Under the pieces are notes generated by a model. It saw nothing but the letters and a program-made list of their open reading frames with translations. It was not told where the DNA came from and did no database searches. 21,351 nt of DNA from a virus (lineage: Duplodnaviria; Heunggongvirae; Uroviricota; Caudoviricetes). Location of the stretch: positions 1 through 21,351 of the IMG/VR virus record IMGVR_UViG_2861043448_000004; one strand, given 5' to 3'. The position numbers were made by a program, and so were the translations under genes. The stretch's first letter is position 1; every line of letters begins with the position of its first letter. Positions 1 through 8,477 of the stretch are shown piece by piece.

Positions 1-165
1 AAGAAATAGGGCTTCCACCTGGGAAGCCCTTTCTTTTTATAGTTCGGCTGTATGTAGGGTACAGCACGATGAATCTGTTAGAGGCGCAATAGTGACAGAT
101 TTGATTATCAATTCCTATTTTGTTCTAAGGATAAAACCTTAGGTTGTGATCATCCGCACAATCCC

Positions 166-408
166 TTAGTAACGCCAGCGGTCATAACGCTGATATTTCG
201 GCACTTTTGGTGCTTTAATCGCCTTAATAACCCACACCACCGCAATCGCCAGTAGTAACCACGGCAGCAACTTAATCATCAATGCCAGCATACCGCCGAG
301 GAACATAATGGCCGTCGCCACAACCAGCGCGGCGATAATGCCCAGCAACGAAACGCCGGTGACCATCAGCATGACAAAAAAGCCAAACACAAAAAGTAGT
401 TCCAGCAT
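166..408 (-). CDS. pspG: Phage shock protein G, small inner-membrane protein (80 aa)
   Basis: Translation from the internal ATG at 406..408 (MLELLFVFGFFVMLMVTGVSLL...KYQRYDRWRY) matches my recollection of E. coli PspG almost residue for residue; GGGAGAG Shine-Dalgarno precedes it. The 150-aa track ORF is an upstream over-extension. Confidence 0.8.
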   Translation of the reverse strand: MLELLFVFGFFVMLMVTGVSLLGIIAALVVATAIMFLGGMLALMIKLLPWLLLAIAVVWVIKAIKAPKVPKYQRYDRWRY

Positions 409-442
409 GATGCTCTCCCAAATATGAAATCTCTTGCTGGCA

Positions 443-459
443 TTACAAGAATCATGCCA
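443..459 (-). promoter_or_regulatory. Candidate sigma54 (-24/-12) promoter upstream of pspG
   Basis: Minus strand reads TGGCATGATTCTTGTAA, close to the sigma54 consensus TGGCAC-N5-TTGCW; pspG is known to be PspF/sigma54 dependent. Position relative to the start codon is plausible. Confidence 0.35.
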
Positions 460-541
460 AAAATAATCTATTGATTTAACAGCAAAATGCCCCGCGACGG
501 TGCGCAGGGCGTGGTGAATTTGACTACTTTTTGGTGAAAAG

Positions 542-1579
542 TTAACGCTTATCCGCCACCAGTTTGAGCGCGTGTTCCAGCACATTAATGTCTGCACCCG
601 CTTTATGGGCATTTTCACTTAAATAACGCCGCCACTGCCGCGCGCCAGGAATACCCTGGAACAAGCCCAACATATGCCGGGTAATATGGCCGAGATACGT
701 CCCCTGGCTGAGTTCACGCTCAATGTACGGATACATGGCGCGCACTACCGCCACTGGATCGGCATCGGTATCCGAGGAACCAAAGATCTCCCGGTCTACC
801 GCCGCCAGAATACCCGGATTCTGATACGCCTCGCGCCCGACCATCACGCCATCCATATGTTGCAGGTGTGCTTTGGCCTCTTCCAGCGACTTGATACCAC
901 CGTTAATCGACATTGTCAGATGCGGAAAGTCACGCTTCAGTTGATACACACGCGGATAATCGAGCGGCGGGATTTCACGGTTTTCTTTCGGGCTTAACCC
1001 CGAAAGCCAGGCTTTACGTGCGTGGATGATAAACATCTCACACTCGCCTTTGCCGGAAACGGTGTTGATGAAATCGCAGAGAAATTCATAGCTGTCCTGG
1101 TCATCGATGCCAATACGCGTTTTCACCGTCACTGGAATCGACACCACATCGCGCATCGCTTTCACGCAGTCGGCAACCAGCTGCGCATTACCCATCAGAC
1201 ACGCACCAAACATGCCGTTCTGCACCCGGTCAGACGGGCAGCCGACATTCAGGTTGATCTCATCATATCCACGCGCTTCTGCCAGCTTCGCACACTGTGC
1301 CAGCGCCGCCGGATCGCTACCGCCGAGTTGCAACGCTACCGGATGTTCTTCTTCACTGTACGCCAGGTAATCACCTTTACCGTGAATAATCGCCCCTGTG
1401 GTCACCATTTCGGTATACAGCAACGTATTGCGGGAAAGCAGACGCAAGAAATAGCGGCAATGTCTGTCCGTCCAGTCGAGCATAGGAGCAATGCTAAACC
1501 GAGAACTCCAGTAAGCGCCAGTTTTTTCAGGCATCACGCTGGTTTGATTAGTTTTCTGTGTTTCAGGATTATCGTGCAT
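542..1579 (-). CDS. dusA: tRNA-dihydrouridine synthase A
   Basis: 345-aa translation is collinear with E. coli DusA over the whole length (TIM-barrel Dus motifs such as [14 protein letters not shown] and [23 protein letters not shown]). The first ~30 residues differ from my recollection of the K-12 sequence, as expected if the prophage supplies a replacement 5' end. Confidence 0.9.
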   Translation of the reverse strand: MHDNPETQKTNQTSVMPEKTGAYWSSRFSIAPMLDWTDRHCRYFLRLLSRNTLLYTEMVTTGAIIHGKGDYLAYSEEEHPVALQLGGSDPAALAQCAKLAEARGYDEINLNVGCPSDRVQNGMFGACLMGNAQLVADCVKAMRDVVSIPVTVKTRIGIDDQDSYEFLCDFINTVSGKGECEMFIIHARKAWLSGLSPKENREIPPLDYPRVYQLKRDFPHLTMSINGGIKSLEEAKAHLQHMDGVMVGREAYQNPGILAAVDREIFGSSDTDADPVAVVRAMYPYIERELSQGTYLGHITRHMLGLFQGIPGARQWRRYLSENAHKAGADINVLEHALKLVADKR

Positions 1580-1667
1580 TTTTGAACATTTCAGGCTATT
1601 TTTCTCGCGTTAGGTTCCCGCACAGGTTCCCACGCTTTATGGGAACCCGAAATAACGAGGTCGTGTA

Positions 1668-2765
1668 ATGGCGTACTATAACATAGAGAAACGACTAAAA
1701 TCCGATGGCACACCACGCTATCGCTGTAATGTGATTATCAAAGAAAAAGGTGTTATCACTTACAGGGAAAGCAAAACATTCCCTAAACATGCTCATGCCA
1801 AAACATGGGGCGCACAGAAAGTGATGGAATTAGATCTATATGGCATTCCATCATCAAATGCTGTTGACGGACTTACAGTCCGTGACTTACTACACAAATA
1901 TTTAAATGACCCAAATGCCGGAGGTAAAGCAGGCCGTACTAAAAGATATGTGCTGGAACTGCTTATGGATAGTGACATCTCCGCGATCAAACTATCTGAA
2001 CTGACAGAAAATGACGTAATTGAACATTGCAGGCTAAGAAACAACGCTGGTGCAGGCCCAGCAACAGTCAGCCACGATGTTAGTTATCTTGGCAGTGTTC
2101 TGGATGCGGCAAAACCTGTATACGGAATCAATTACACATCAAACCCGGCGAAAAGCGCTCGTCCATATCTACTTAAACTCGGTTTGATTGGTAAATCAAA
2201 CCGTCGTAATCGTAGACCAGCATCTGATGAACTGAACATGCTCATTGAAGGCCTTCAACAACGATCTACTCATAAATGCTCAAAAATTCCGTTCGTTGAT
2301 ATCCTCAAATTTTCTGTGTGGTCCTGTATGCGAATCGGAGAAGTATGCCGGTTACGATGGGAAGATCTCGACCAGGAACAAAAATCTATACTAGTAAGAG
2401 ACAGGAAAGATCCACGTAAAAAGGAAGGCAACCATATGAAAGTTGCCTTGCTTGGGGAAGCCTGGGATATCGTCCAGCGACAACCCAAAAAATCAGAATT
2501 CATTTTTCCATATAACAGCACTTCTGTTACCGCAGGATTTCAGAGGGTAAGAAGCAAATTAGGTATTAAAGATCTGAGATACCATGATTTGCGTAGAGAA
2601 GGGGCAAGTCGCTTATTTGAGGCTGGTTTTAGTATTGAGGAAGTCGCTCAGGTTACAGGGCATCGTTCATTAAACGTGCTATGGCAGGTATATACCGAAC
2701 TGTATCCGAAATCTTTACATAATCGTTTTGAAGAACTCCAAAGGAGCAGAAATAAGACCTCTTGA
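1668..2765 (+). CDS. int: Phage integrase, tyrosine recombinase (dusA-associated family)
   Basis: 365-aa ORF starting 88 bp upstream of and divergent from the dusA start; C-terminal catalytic region HDLRREGASRLFEAGFSIEEVAQVTGHRSLNVLWQVY carries the tyrosine recombinase H-x-x-R ... H ... Y signature; GAGG Shine-Dalgarno 7 nt upstream of the ATG. Confidence 0.9.
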   Translation: MAYYNIEKRLKSDGTPRYRCNVIIKEKGVITYRESKTFPKHAHAKTWGAQKVMELDLYGIPSSNAVDGLTVRDLLHKYLNDPNAGGKAGRTKRYVLELLMDSDISAIKLSELTENDVIEHCRLRNNAGAGPATVSHDVSYLGSVLDAAKPVYGINYTSNPAKSARPYLLKLGLIGKSNRRNRRPASDELNMLIEGLQQRSTHKCSKIPFVDILKFSVWSCMRIGEVCRLRWEDLDQEQKSILVRDRKDPRKKEGNHMKVALLGEAWDIVQRQPKKSEFIFPYNSTSVTAGFQRVRSKLGIKDLRYHDLRREGASRLFEAGFSIEEVAQVTGHRSLNVLWQVYTELYPKSLHNRFEELQRSRNKTS

Positions 2766-2813
2766 CACTGTTTATCCATACAGTTAAAAATAATACTGTA
2801 TACAAATACAGTG
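2762..2813 (+). promoter_or_regulatory. Sigma70-like promoter overlapped by two LexA (SOS) boxes
   Basis: TTGACA at 2762..2767; two CTGT-N8-ACAG boxes at 2768..2783 (CTGTTTATCCATACAG) and 2796..2811 (CTGTATACAAATACAG), the second a near-consensus 20-mer TACTGTATACAAATACAGTG; located immediately upstream of the dinI-like gene. Confidence 0.6.
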
Positions 2814-2825
2814 TAGGGGACTTTT

Positions 2826-3074
2826 ATGCGTATTGAAATCTGCATAGCCAAAGAAAAAATGACTAAAATGCCAACCGGTGCTGTGGATGCGTTAAAGGAA
2901 GAATTAACCCGACGCATCAGTAAACGTTATGACGATGTAGAAGTGATCGTAAAAGCCACCAGCAACGATGGCCTTTCTGTTACGCGCACCGCTGATAAAG
3001 ATTCAGCTAAAACTTTTGTTCAGGAGACTCTGAAAGATACCTGGGAGTCTGCTGACGAGTGGTTTGTTCATTAA
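2826..3074 (+). CDS. DinI-family SOS-response protein (prophage copy)
   Basis: 82-aa translation [11 protein letters not shown]...[11 protein letters not shown] resembles E. coli DinI (MRIEVTIAK...TWESADDWFV) end to end; AGGGGA Shine-Dalgarno 5 nt upstream; preceded by LexA boxes. Confidence 0.85.
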   Translation: MRIEICIAKEKMTKMPTGAVDALKEELTRRISKRYDDVEVIVKATSNDGLSVTRTADKDSAKTFVQETLKDTWESADEWFVH

Positions 3075-3105
3075 GTTCATCATCTCTGGACACCATTCAC
3101 TTGTA

Positions 3106-3134
3106 TTGACTTTAAGATCATTAAATTGTAATAA
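3106..3134 (+). promoter_or_regulatory. Candidate sigma70 promoter for the membrane protein-RT operon
   Basis: TTGACT at 3106..3111, 17-nt spacer, TAATAA(T) at 3129..3135; sits about 160 nt upstream of the ATG at 3297. Confidence 0.4.
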
Positions 3135-3296
3135 TTCAAAGGGATGGGGCAGGTTTTTCCTCTTGCGCATGCAAGGGCGGCTCTGATAATGAACAGTAAT
3201 ATTTTACTGTTGAGCTTATGCTCACTGATCCTGCCGGGCAGGATGTTCAACGGTTCCAATATATCCTGCCCCTTCCGCTTTTAAAAAGGATCTTTT

Positions 3297-3848
3297 ATGC
3301 ATGACAATATTTGGTTTACATATAAAGCACGTATCCAAGCGCACCATCGACTAGAATGGCTTGAAAAACACTCTCAATTTATCCTCGTTTGGTATGCTAT
3401 ATTGAGTGCGGTACTTTCAATTGTAACGTTGCGATTTCCAAAGGTTCTAGGAGATAATACAGATGTCGTTGCGGCGATACTTTCAGTGGCTCTACTGGGT
3501 ATTTCTCTGATCGTATCTAACCTAGATTTTCGTGGTCGAGCAATAGCCATGAGAAGGAATTATATTGCACTACAGCGACTCTATTTTGACATTACCACCA
3601 GTCAACAGTTATCTCTTGAACAGAAAGAAAAATATTTTAATTTGCTCAATGAGGTTGAGAATCACCGTGACATAGATGATAAAATTTCAAGGGTAACTCA
3701 AGTTGGACTTAAGACGAGGATCCCCACACAAAAAGAAAAAATAATTGTTATTTTATGGATATTACTTCGAATATTTATTACTGCCGCACTTTATATACTC
3801 CCATTAATATATCTTTGGATTGACTATGACTGCAAGCAGAATTTTTAA
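3297..3848 (+). CDS. Predicted multi-pass inner-membrane protein, partner of the reverse transcriptase
   Basis: 183-aa ORF with AGGA Shine-Dalgarno 6 nt upstream; hydrophobic helices FILVWYAILSAVLSIVTL, VVAAILSVALLGISLIVSNL and C-terminal IIVILWILLRIFITAALYILPLIYLWI; AT-rich codon usage unlike flanking genes; 3' end overlaps the RT start by 23 nt. Confidence 0.7.
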   Translation: MHDNIWFTYKARIQAHHRLEWLEKHSQFILVWYAILSAVLSIVTLRFPKVLGDNTDVVAAILSVALLGISLIVSNLDFRGRAIAMRRNYIALQRLYFDITTSQQLSLEQKEKYFNLLNEVENHRDIDDKISRVTQVGLKTRIPTQKEKIIVILWILLRIFITAALYILPLIYLWIDYDCKQNF

Positions 3849-5196
3849 AAAGTCATTCTCGAAAAAAAATCTTCTAAAAGTATACTCTGAAAAAATCAAA
3901 GAATCAGGAGCGATTGGCATAGATCGGATTCGCCCATCAAAACTTGATTTGACAATAAAAAATGAGATCACTTTCATTTTTGAAAAGGTTAATTCTGGCA
4001 ATTACAAATTTACAGCATATAAAGAAAAATTAATATCTAAAGGCGCTAACTCTACACCCAGACAGATTTCCATACCAACTGCTAGGGACAGAATTACTCT
4101 TAGAGCTCTCTGTGAATGCCTTACGGAAATATATCCTAAGTCCAGATTAAAACTACCACATACAGTAATTGACTCATTGAAAGAAGCATTAAACAACAGT
4201 CTATATGCTGAATATGCAAAAATAGATCTTAAAAGTTTCTATCCTTCAATTGAACATAAATTGATAATTAATGCAATAAAAAATAAAATTAGAAAAAAAG
4301 AAATTAGACAGTTAATAACATCATCATTAATCGTGCCTACTGTAAGTGGAACCACAGGAAGCAAAGGTATCCCTAATAATACCAGAGGAGTACCTCAGGG
4401 ATTAGCGATATCAAACATTTTAGCTGAAATATCACTATCTAATTTCGATGATGAAATCAATAAAATGCATGACATATGGTACATGCGATACGTTGATGAC
4501 ATTCTTATTTTAACACCAAAATATCAAGCAACAAAAATAGCTTCTCATATCATTGATAAGCTTCAATCATTAAATTTAAACCCACATCCATTAAATGAAG
4601 AGAACTCAAAATCCAAAGTAGGCAGTTTGGATGAAAGTTTTAACTTTTTGGGATACCACATAGAAAATCGAGAATTATTGATAAAACATGAGAGCATTCT
4701 TAGATTTGAGTCATCCTTAGCAAAAATTTTTACTGCATATAGGCACGCTCTACTACAAGCTAAAAGTAAGCGTGATAAAGAACGAGCTGTTGCATATTGT
4801 CAGTGGAAACTAAATCTCAGAATTACGGGATGTGTGTTTGAAGGTAAACGATTGGGATGGGTATCGTACTTCTCACAAATAACCTCAACAGCTCAACTTC
4901 GCTCTGTTAATCATACTATCAATAATCTTATCCGCCGATTCGGCCTTTCATCAGAAATAAAACCAAAATCTTTGATTAAAACTTTCTATGAACTCCGCAG
5001 AGGTAGAGCGGAGACTTTTAAATACATACCTAACTTTGACAATCTACATATATCTCAGAAACGAGAACTTGTTTCTATGTGGATAGGTAAAGAGAAGGAA
5101 AAAAAACTTAGCAATAGTGAAATAGAGAGGAAGTTTAAATTTAAAATTGCGAAATCAGTAAAAGAGCTTGAAGAGGATATTTCAGGAATATCATAG
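3826..5196 (+). CDS. Reverse transcriptase (defence-associated, non-retron motif pattern)
   Basis: 456 aa from the ATG at 3826 (track ORF begins at a TTG at 3820). RT motifs are all present: GIDRI, RQISIPTARDRITLRAL, YAEYAKIDLKSFYPSI, GVPQGLAISNILAEISL, YMRYVDDILIL (YVDD catalytic box), FNFLGYHI (FLG-type motif 7 rather than the retron VTG); about 170-aa C-terminal extension; AT-rich. Confidence 0.85.
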   Translation: MTASRIFKKSFSKKNLLKVYSEKIKESGAIGIDRIRPSKLDLTIKNEITFIFEKVNSGNYKFTAYKEKLISKGANSTPRQISIPTARDRITLRALCECLTEIYPKSRLKLPHTVIDSLKEALNNSLYAEYAKIDLKSFYPSIEHKLIINAIKNKIRKKEIRQLITSSLIVPTVSGTTGSKGIPNNTRGVPQGLAISNILAEISLSNFDDEINKMHDIWYMRYVDDILILTPKYQATKIASHIIDKLQSLNLNPHPLNEENSKSKVGSLDESFNFLGYHIENRELLIKHESILRFESSLAKIFTAYRHALLQAKSKRDKERAVAYCQWKLNLRITGCVFEGKRLGWVSYFSQITSTAQLRSVNHTINNLIRRFGLSSEIKPKSLIKTFYELRRGRAETFKYIPNFDNLHISQKRELVSMWIGKEKEKKLSNSEIERKFKFKIAKSVKELEEDISGIS

Positions 5197-5259
5197 ATAT
5201 GTAATCCATTAAGTCATTAAAATATATCGCAATAAACACACTATTTAAACTCACAAACC

Positions 5260-5300
5260 AGCCGCAGTATCCTGCCATGGCAAGTTGCTGCGGCTTTTTA
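5260..5300 (+). terminator. Candidate intrinsic terminator after the RT gene, possibly bidirectional
   Basis: AGCCGCAG (5260..5267) pairs with CTGCGGCT (5288..5295), inner palindrome TGCCATGGCA in the loop, followed by TTTTT at 5295..5299. Confidence 0.5.
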
Positions 5301-5303
5301 TGT

Positions 5304-5597
5304 TCAACGGATCAACAGCCAGATCAGAAGACACGCTACCATCGGCACAGCAAAATCCATCAGGCTTGCCACATCCCATGCGCGTGGATCAAAACCGCCC
5401 CACCACGGCATGTTAATCCGCTTGCCATGCCCGAACATTTCAATCCAGCGATATTATGCTTGGGTGTGTTCGCCCGCAATGAAGAACGTACAACTGGCTA
5501 TCGCTCCGTAAACCCAGTTTCCGGTAAAAAGCCCCACCAGTATCTGCGCAGCCACAGCACAAAGTGCATGAAGGAAAGGTGTTATACCCATTTTCAT
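5304..5597 (-). pseudogene. Small membrane protein gene interrupted by an in-frame TAA
   Basis: Minus-strand frame reads MKMGITPFLHALCAVAAQILVGLFTGNWVYGAIASCTFFIAGEHTQA, then TAA (5454..5456), then continues in the same frame YRWIEMFGHGKRINMPWWGGFDPRAWDVASLMDFAVPMVACLLIWLLIR to a TGA at 5304..5306. Hand translation; family not recognised. Confidence 0.35.
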
Positions 5598-5603
5598 CCT
5601 ACC

Positions 5604-5627
5604 CAATAAAACGGGGCGCACAGCCCC
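5604..5627 (-). terminator. Intrinsic terminator immediately after the tail fibre stop codon
   Basis: Minus strand GGGGCTGTGCGCCCC hairpin (5613..5627) followed by GTTTTATTG; lies 7 nt downstream of the stf stop. Confidence 0.5.
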
Positions 5628-5633
5628 TTAATA

Positions 5634-8477
5634 TTATTTAGAGGCAAGCGCCGCCTCAATTGCAGATAATCTTTGTTTTAATTCTGCGTTTTCTTCTTCC
5701 AGCGCGGTAACGCGATCATCTGTTTCACGGGCGACCTGAACAAGTAAGCCCGTCACGGCGGCGTAGTCAACATTCAGATAACGTGTTTCTTCACGTAATT
5801 CATTGCCGTCAACCGTTGGTCCCTGCAACTCTTTACCGTAATGAGTGAATGAGCCTACCGCTTCCGGTATTGCCTCCATTGCTTCCTGTGCAATAACACC
5901 AGCGTAAGGCAGTCCGTTTTCCTTAAGTGTGTAGGTGTACCCGTTCATTTTACGGATAGCTTCGGTTGCGTCACTGATAATCTGAATATTGTCTTTCAGC
6001 TCGCGGTCTGATAACTGATTCAGTGTTGTACAGTTAATAGCACCGTTTACATCAAACAGCTGACCTGACGATGTTTTTTGAGCATAAAACAGATACGCGG
6101 CAGACGTTCCAACCTCAAAAACGTTTTGTCGATCACCTGAACCCCACACCTTGACAGCAAATGGTAGTTCTGTATTACCTAAGTTCTGTAAAACAAAACG
6201 ATTGCCAGTCCCTGTTTGTTTTGTAAGAGTTAAATCAACAGTTGAGTTAACCTCATCCTTGTTGATAGTGAGCGCCTGCGCTTTAGCACCGTTAACAGCA
6301 CCTGTTTTGAGTTGAACCGCGCCGTCATTACCATTTAGCAGTATCTCAGCTCCGCTAAAGAAATTTTTTAGCGACAGCATCTTACTTACGCCGACTGATG
6401 AACCCAACGCCCACGCGAGAGAATTACCGGTGCTATCAAACCCACGTACAAAGCAATCCATTTTGCTATAGTCTGACGTGCTTCCAAGGACATCAATCCG
6501 CCCTCCGCCAGATTTTATCGGGTTAGATGTGGTTAATGACCTGACAGCAAGAGCGGTAGATGAATTGAGATCGTCTACTGTTAGTAATTTCTTCCATTCC
6601 TGCGTCGTTCCATTTTCAATTGTTCTTCCCCAAAAACCGGAATTGCGGCCTCCGAACTGCACAGCATAATTTTTACTAAATTGAACATGAATGCCGCCAA
6701 GAACCATAGAGCCTGCCGGGCCGTTTGTACTGCCTGCAATTGGTCTAAATTTGTCGACGTTATCAGTATGCTGAGCGTTCCAGTCTCGTCCTGTTTTTGT
6801 AAGCAGTCCTAATGTCGTGTCGAGCGCTTCGGTTAAAGTAAGGTTTTTAAATTTAACTGCGCTACTTTCGCCAAGACTTAAGTTGTTTCGCGCATCTTCT
6901 ACTGTTGTCGCACCTGTACCTCCTTGCCCAACAGCTAATGGCAACCAGCCAGTGCCATTATGACAACCCCACAAACCAGATTTGGAAACCTGTAAGCGTG
7001 GTGCGCCTGAAGAATACGTAGAATATACGTAAGTTGTTTCTTTTCCCTCTTCAACCCTTTCTGTTGATACATCTCTCTTCCATTCAGACCAGGTACCGCT
7101 ACCTCCTTCATATATTCGTCTATAAGTAATTCCCGGATTATTATAAGGGTGGTACACCTGAACGCAGGAAGAAGCAGTGTTGGCTCTCGTTTGGAGCACT
7201 ATTAAAGCGCCCGCCAGACCGATTGGGTAATTTAATTCTTCTGTTGCGTAAGCGCTCGTTGGTTGTTGATAGAAACCAGAATATTCACCGGTAAGGGTGT
7301 TTAGGTCAGTATTAGCAAGGCCAGCTTTTTGCTCATACATTACCCGCAAGTTCGCACGTGCTTGCTCGATAGTTCTTCCACCAGTACCACCCTGGGCTAA
7401 ACCTAACGGAGACCATTGTCCAGAAGAAGAATCATAAACCCCCCAACTCCCGTTAGTATGGATTTCAAAGAAACGATCACCAGTTGGACCATACATACGA
7501 GTTGTTGATTCATTTTGACCAAAGCGGCTTAATTCATCTCTGCGGGTATGACGTATCCATTGCGGGCCAGAACTTTGGCTGTAAATGTACGAATACAATG
7601 ATTTTGTATCTGAACCAACAAATAGACCGGAATATCTTTTTGTTGACACTTCTGATCTAACTATATAACCAGAAATAAGATTATCCCCGGCACTAGACGC
7701 TACTGATGGATAACCTTTCGCTGAGATGTAAATCCTGATAAATCCAATATAACCTGATGGCTCAACAGAGATATCAGTGCAGGTCATAGCAACTTCACCA
7801 AGACCAATATTGTTACCAACAACGGATTGTGCCTGGTTGCGATAATTAAGTGCGTCCGCTGCAGATTTCGCCGCGTTTGTTTCACTGGATTTAGCATTAG
7901 TTTCGCTGCTCTTTGCTGCTGCCTCGCTATTTTTCGCGTTGGTTTCTGATTTTTTGGCTGCTGTCGCGGAGTTTGCCGATGCAGTTTGTGAGGCCGCTGC
8001 CGCCTGTGCGCTGTTATCCGCATTCGTCTCAGACGTTTTTGCGGCCTTCGCGGAATTTCCTGCCGCCGTTGCCGAAGAGGCTGCACTACTGGCGCTCGAG
8101 GCTGCGCTCGTTTCTGATGATTTCGCTGCCTCTTTTGAGGCCGCCGCATCCCGGGCTGAGGTGGCAGCTTCTGACGCTTTCGTGGTCGCGGTGGATGCAG
8201 AAGTGGCTGCAGATTTTTGTGACGCTGCAGCATTCGTTTCTGACGTTTTCGCCGCACCGGCACTGGTAGCCGCCGCGCTTTTTGAGGACTCTGCAGCGGC
8301 AGCACTTTTTGATGCTTCAGTAGCCTTTGTTGATGCCGTTCCTGCGCTGGAAGACGCTGACTGAGCCGACGTCGCGGCCTGCCCGGCTGATGTGCTGGCT
8401 GCACGTGCTGAGCCTGCAGCATCAGTCGCATGGGTTCCCAGAGCACCACGCTGGCCGACTGCTCCGCACGGGTGCAT
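5634..8477 (-). CDS. stf: Side tail fibre protein lacking its N-terminal region, with C-terminal intramolecular chaperone (peptidase S74-like) domain
   Basis: Ala/Ser-rich repeats (SARAASTSAGQAATSAQ..., KTSETNA repeats) align with the part of lambda Stf that starts around residue 150 (from memory); two GQGGTG...ARxNL collar repeats; C-terminal LSDRELKDNIQ...VDYAAVTGLLVQ with ENAELKQRL coiled coil is typical of the self-cleaving chaperone domain. The first ATG directly follows the in-frame TGA of the upstream terminase fragment. Confidence 0.75.
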   Translation of the reverse strand: MHPCGAVGQRGALGTHATDAAGSARAASTSAGQAATSAQSASSSAGTASTKATEASKSAAAAESSKSAAATSAGAAKTSETNAAASQKSAATSASTATTKASEAATSARDAAASKEAAKSSETSAASSASSAASSATAAGNSAKAAKTSETNADNSAQAAAASQTASANSATAAKKSETNAKNSEAAAKSSETNAKSSETNAAKSAADALNYRNQAQSVVGNNIGLGEVAMTCTDISVEPSGYIGFIRIYISAKGYPSVASSAGDNLISGYIVRSEVSTKRYSGLFVGSDTKSLYSYIYSQSSGPQWIRHTRRDELSRFGQNESTTRMYGPTGDRFFEIHTNGSWGVYDSSSGQWSPLGLAQGGTGGRTIEQARANLRVMYEQKAGLANTDLNTLTGEYSGFYQQPTSAYATEELNYPIGLAGALIVLQTRANTASSCVQVYHPYNNPGITYRRIYEGGSGTWSEWKRDVSTERVEEGKETTYVYSTYSSGAPRLQVSKSGLWGCHNGTGWLPLAVGQGGTGATTVEDARNNLSLGESSAVKFKNLTLTEALDTTLGLLTKTGRDWNAQHTDNVDKFRPIAGSTNGPAGSMVLGGIHVQFSKNYAVQFGGRNSGFWGRTIENGTTQEWKKLLTVDDLNSSTALAVRSLTTSNPIKSGGGRIDVLGSTSDYSKMDCFVRGFDSTGNSLAWALGSSVGVSKMLSLKNFFSGAEILLNGNDGAVQLKTGAVNGAKAQALTINKDEVNSTVDLTLTKQTGTGNRFVLQNLGNTELPFAVKVWGSGDRQNVFEVGTSAAYLFYAQKTSSGQLFDVNGAINCTTLNQLSDRELKDNIQIISDATEAIRKMNGYTYTLKENGLPYAGVIAQEAMEAIPEAVGSFTHYGKELQGPTVDGNELREETRYLNVDYAAVTGLLVQVARETDDRVTALEEENAELKQRLSAIEAALASK

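Noticed and set aside
674-1585. Plus-strand ORFs (107, 187 and 87 aa) inside dusA
   Set aside because: Antisense to a well-supported conserved gene; no ribosome-binding sites and no recognisable family.
3820-5196. RT as part of a diversity-generating retroelement targeting the adjacent tail fibre
   Set aside because: The RT is convergent with stf rather than co-oriented, the upstream partner is a membrane protein rather than an Avd-like small basic protein, the fibre ends in a chaperone domain rather than a variable lectin-fold tip, and I saw no template/variable repeat pair by eye.
3075-5260. Group II intron or classical retron
   Set aside because: No maturase or endonuclease domain and the upstream sequence is protein-coding; the RT has an FLG-type motif 7 and a long C-terminal extension rather than the retron VTG pattern.
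5277-5609. 110-aa plus-strand ORF between the RT and stf
   Set aside because: Antisense to the interrupted small membrane protein reading frame and crosses a terminator hairpin.
7860-8470. Possible CRISPR-like or non-coding repeat array
   Set aside because: The repeats are in-frame coding repeats of the tail fibre (Ala/Ser-rich, KTSETNA units) with no spacer-repeat periodicity.
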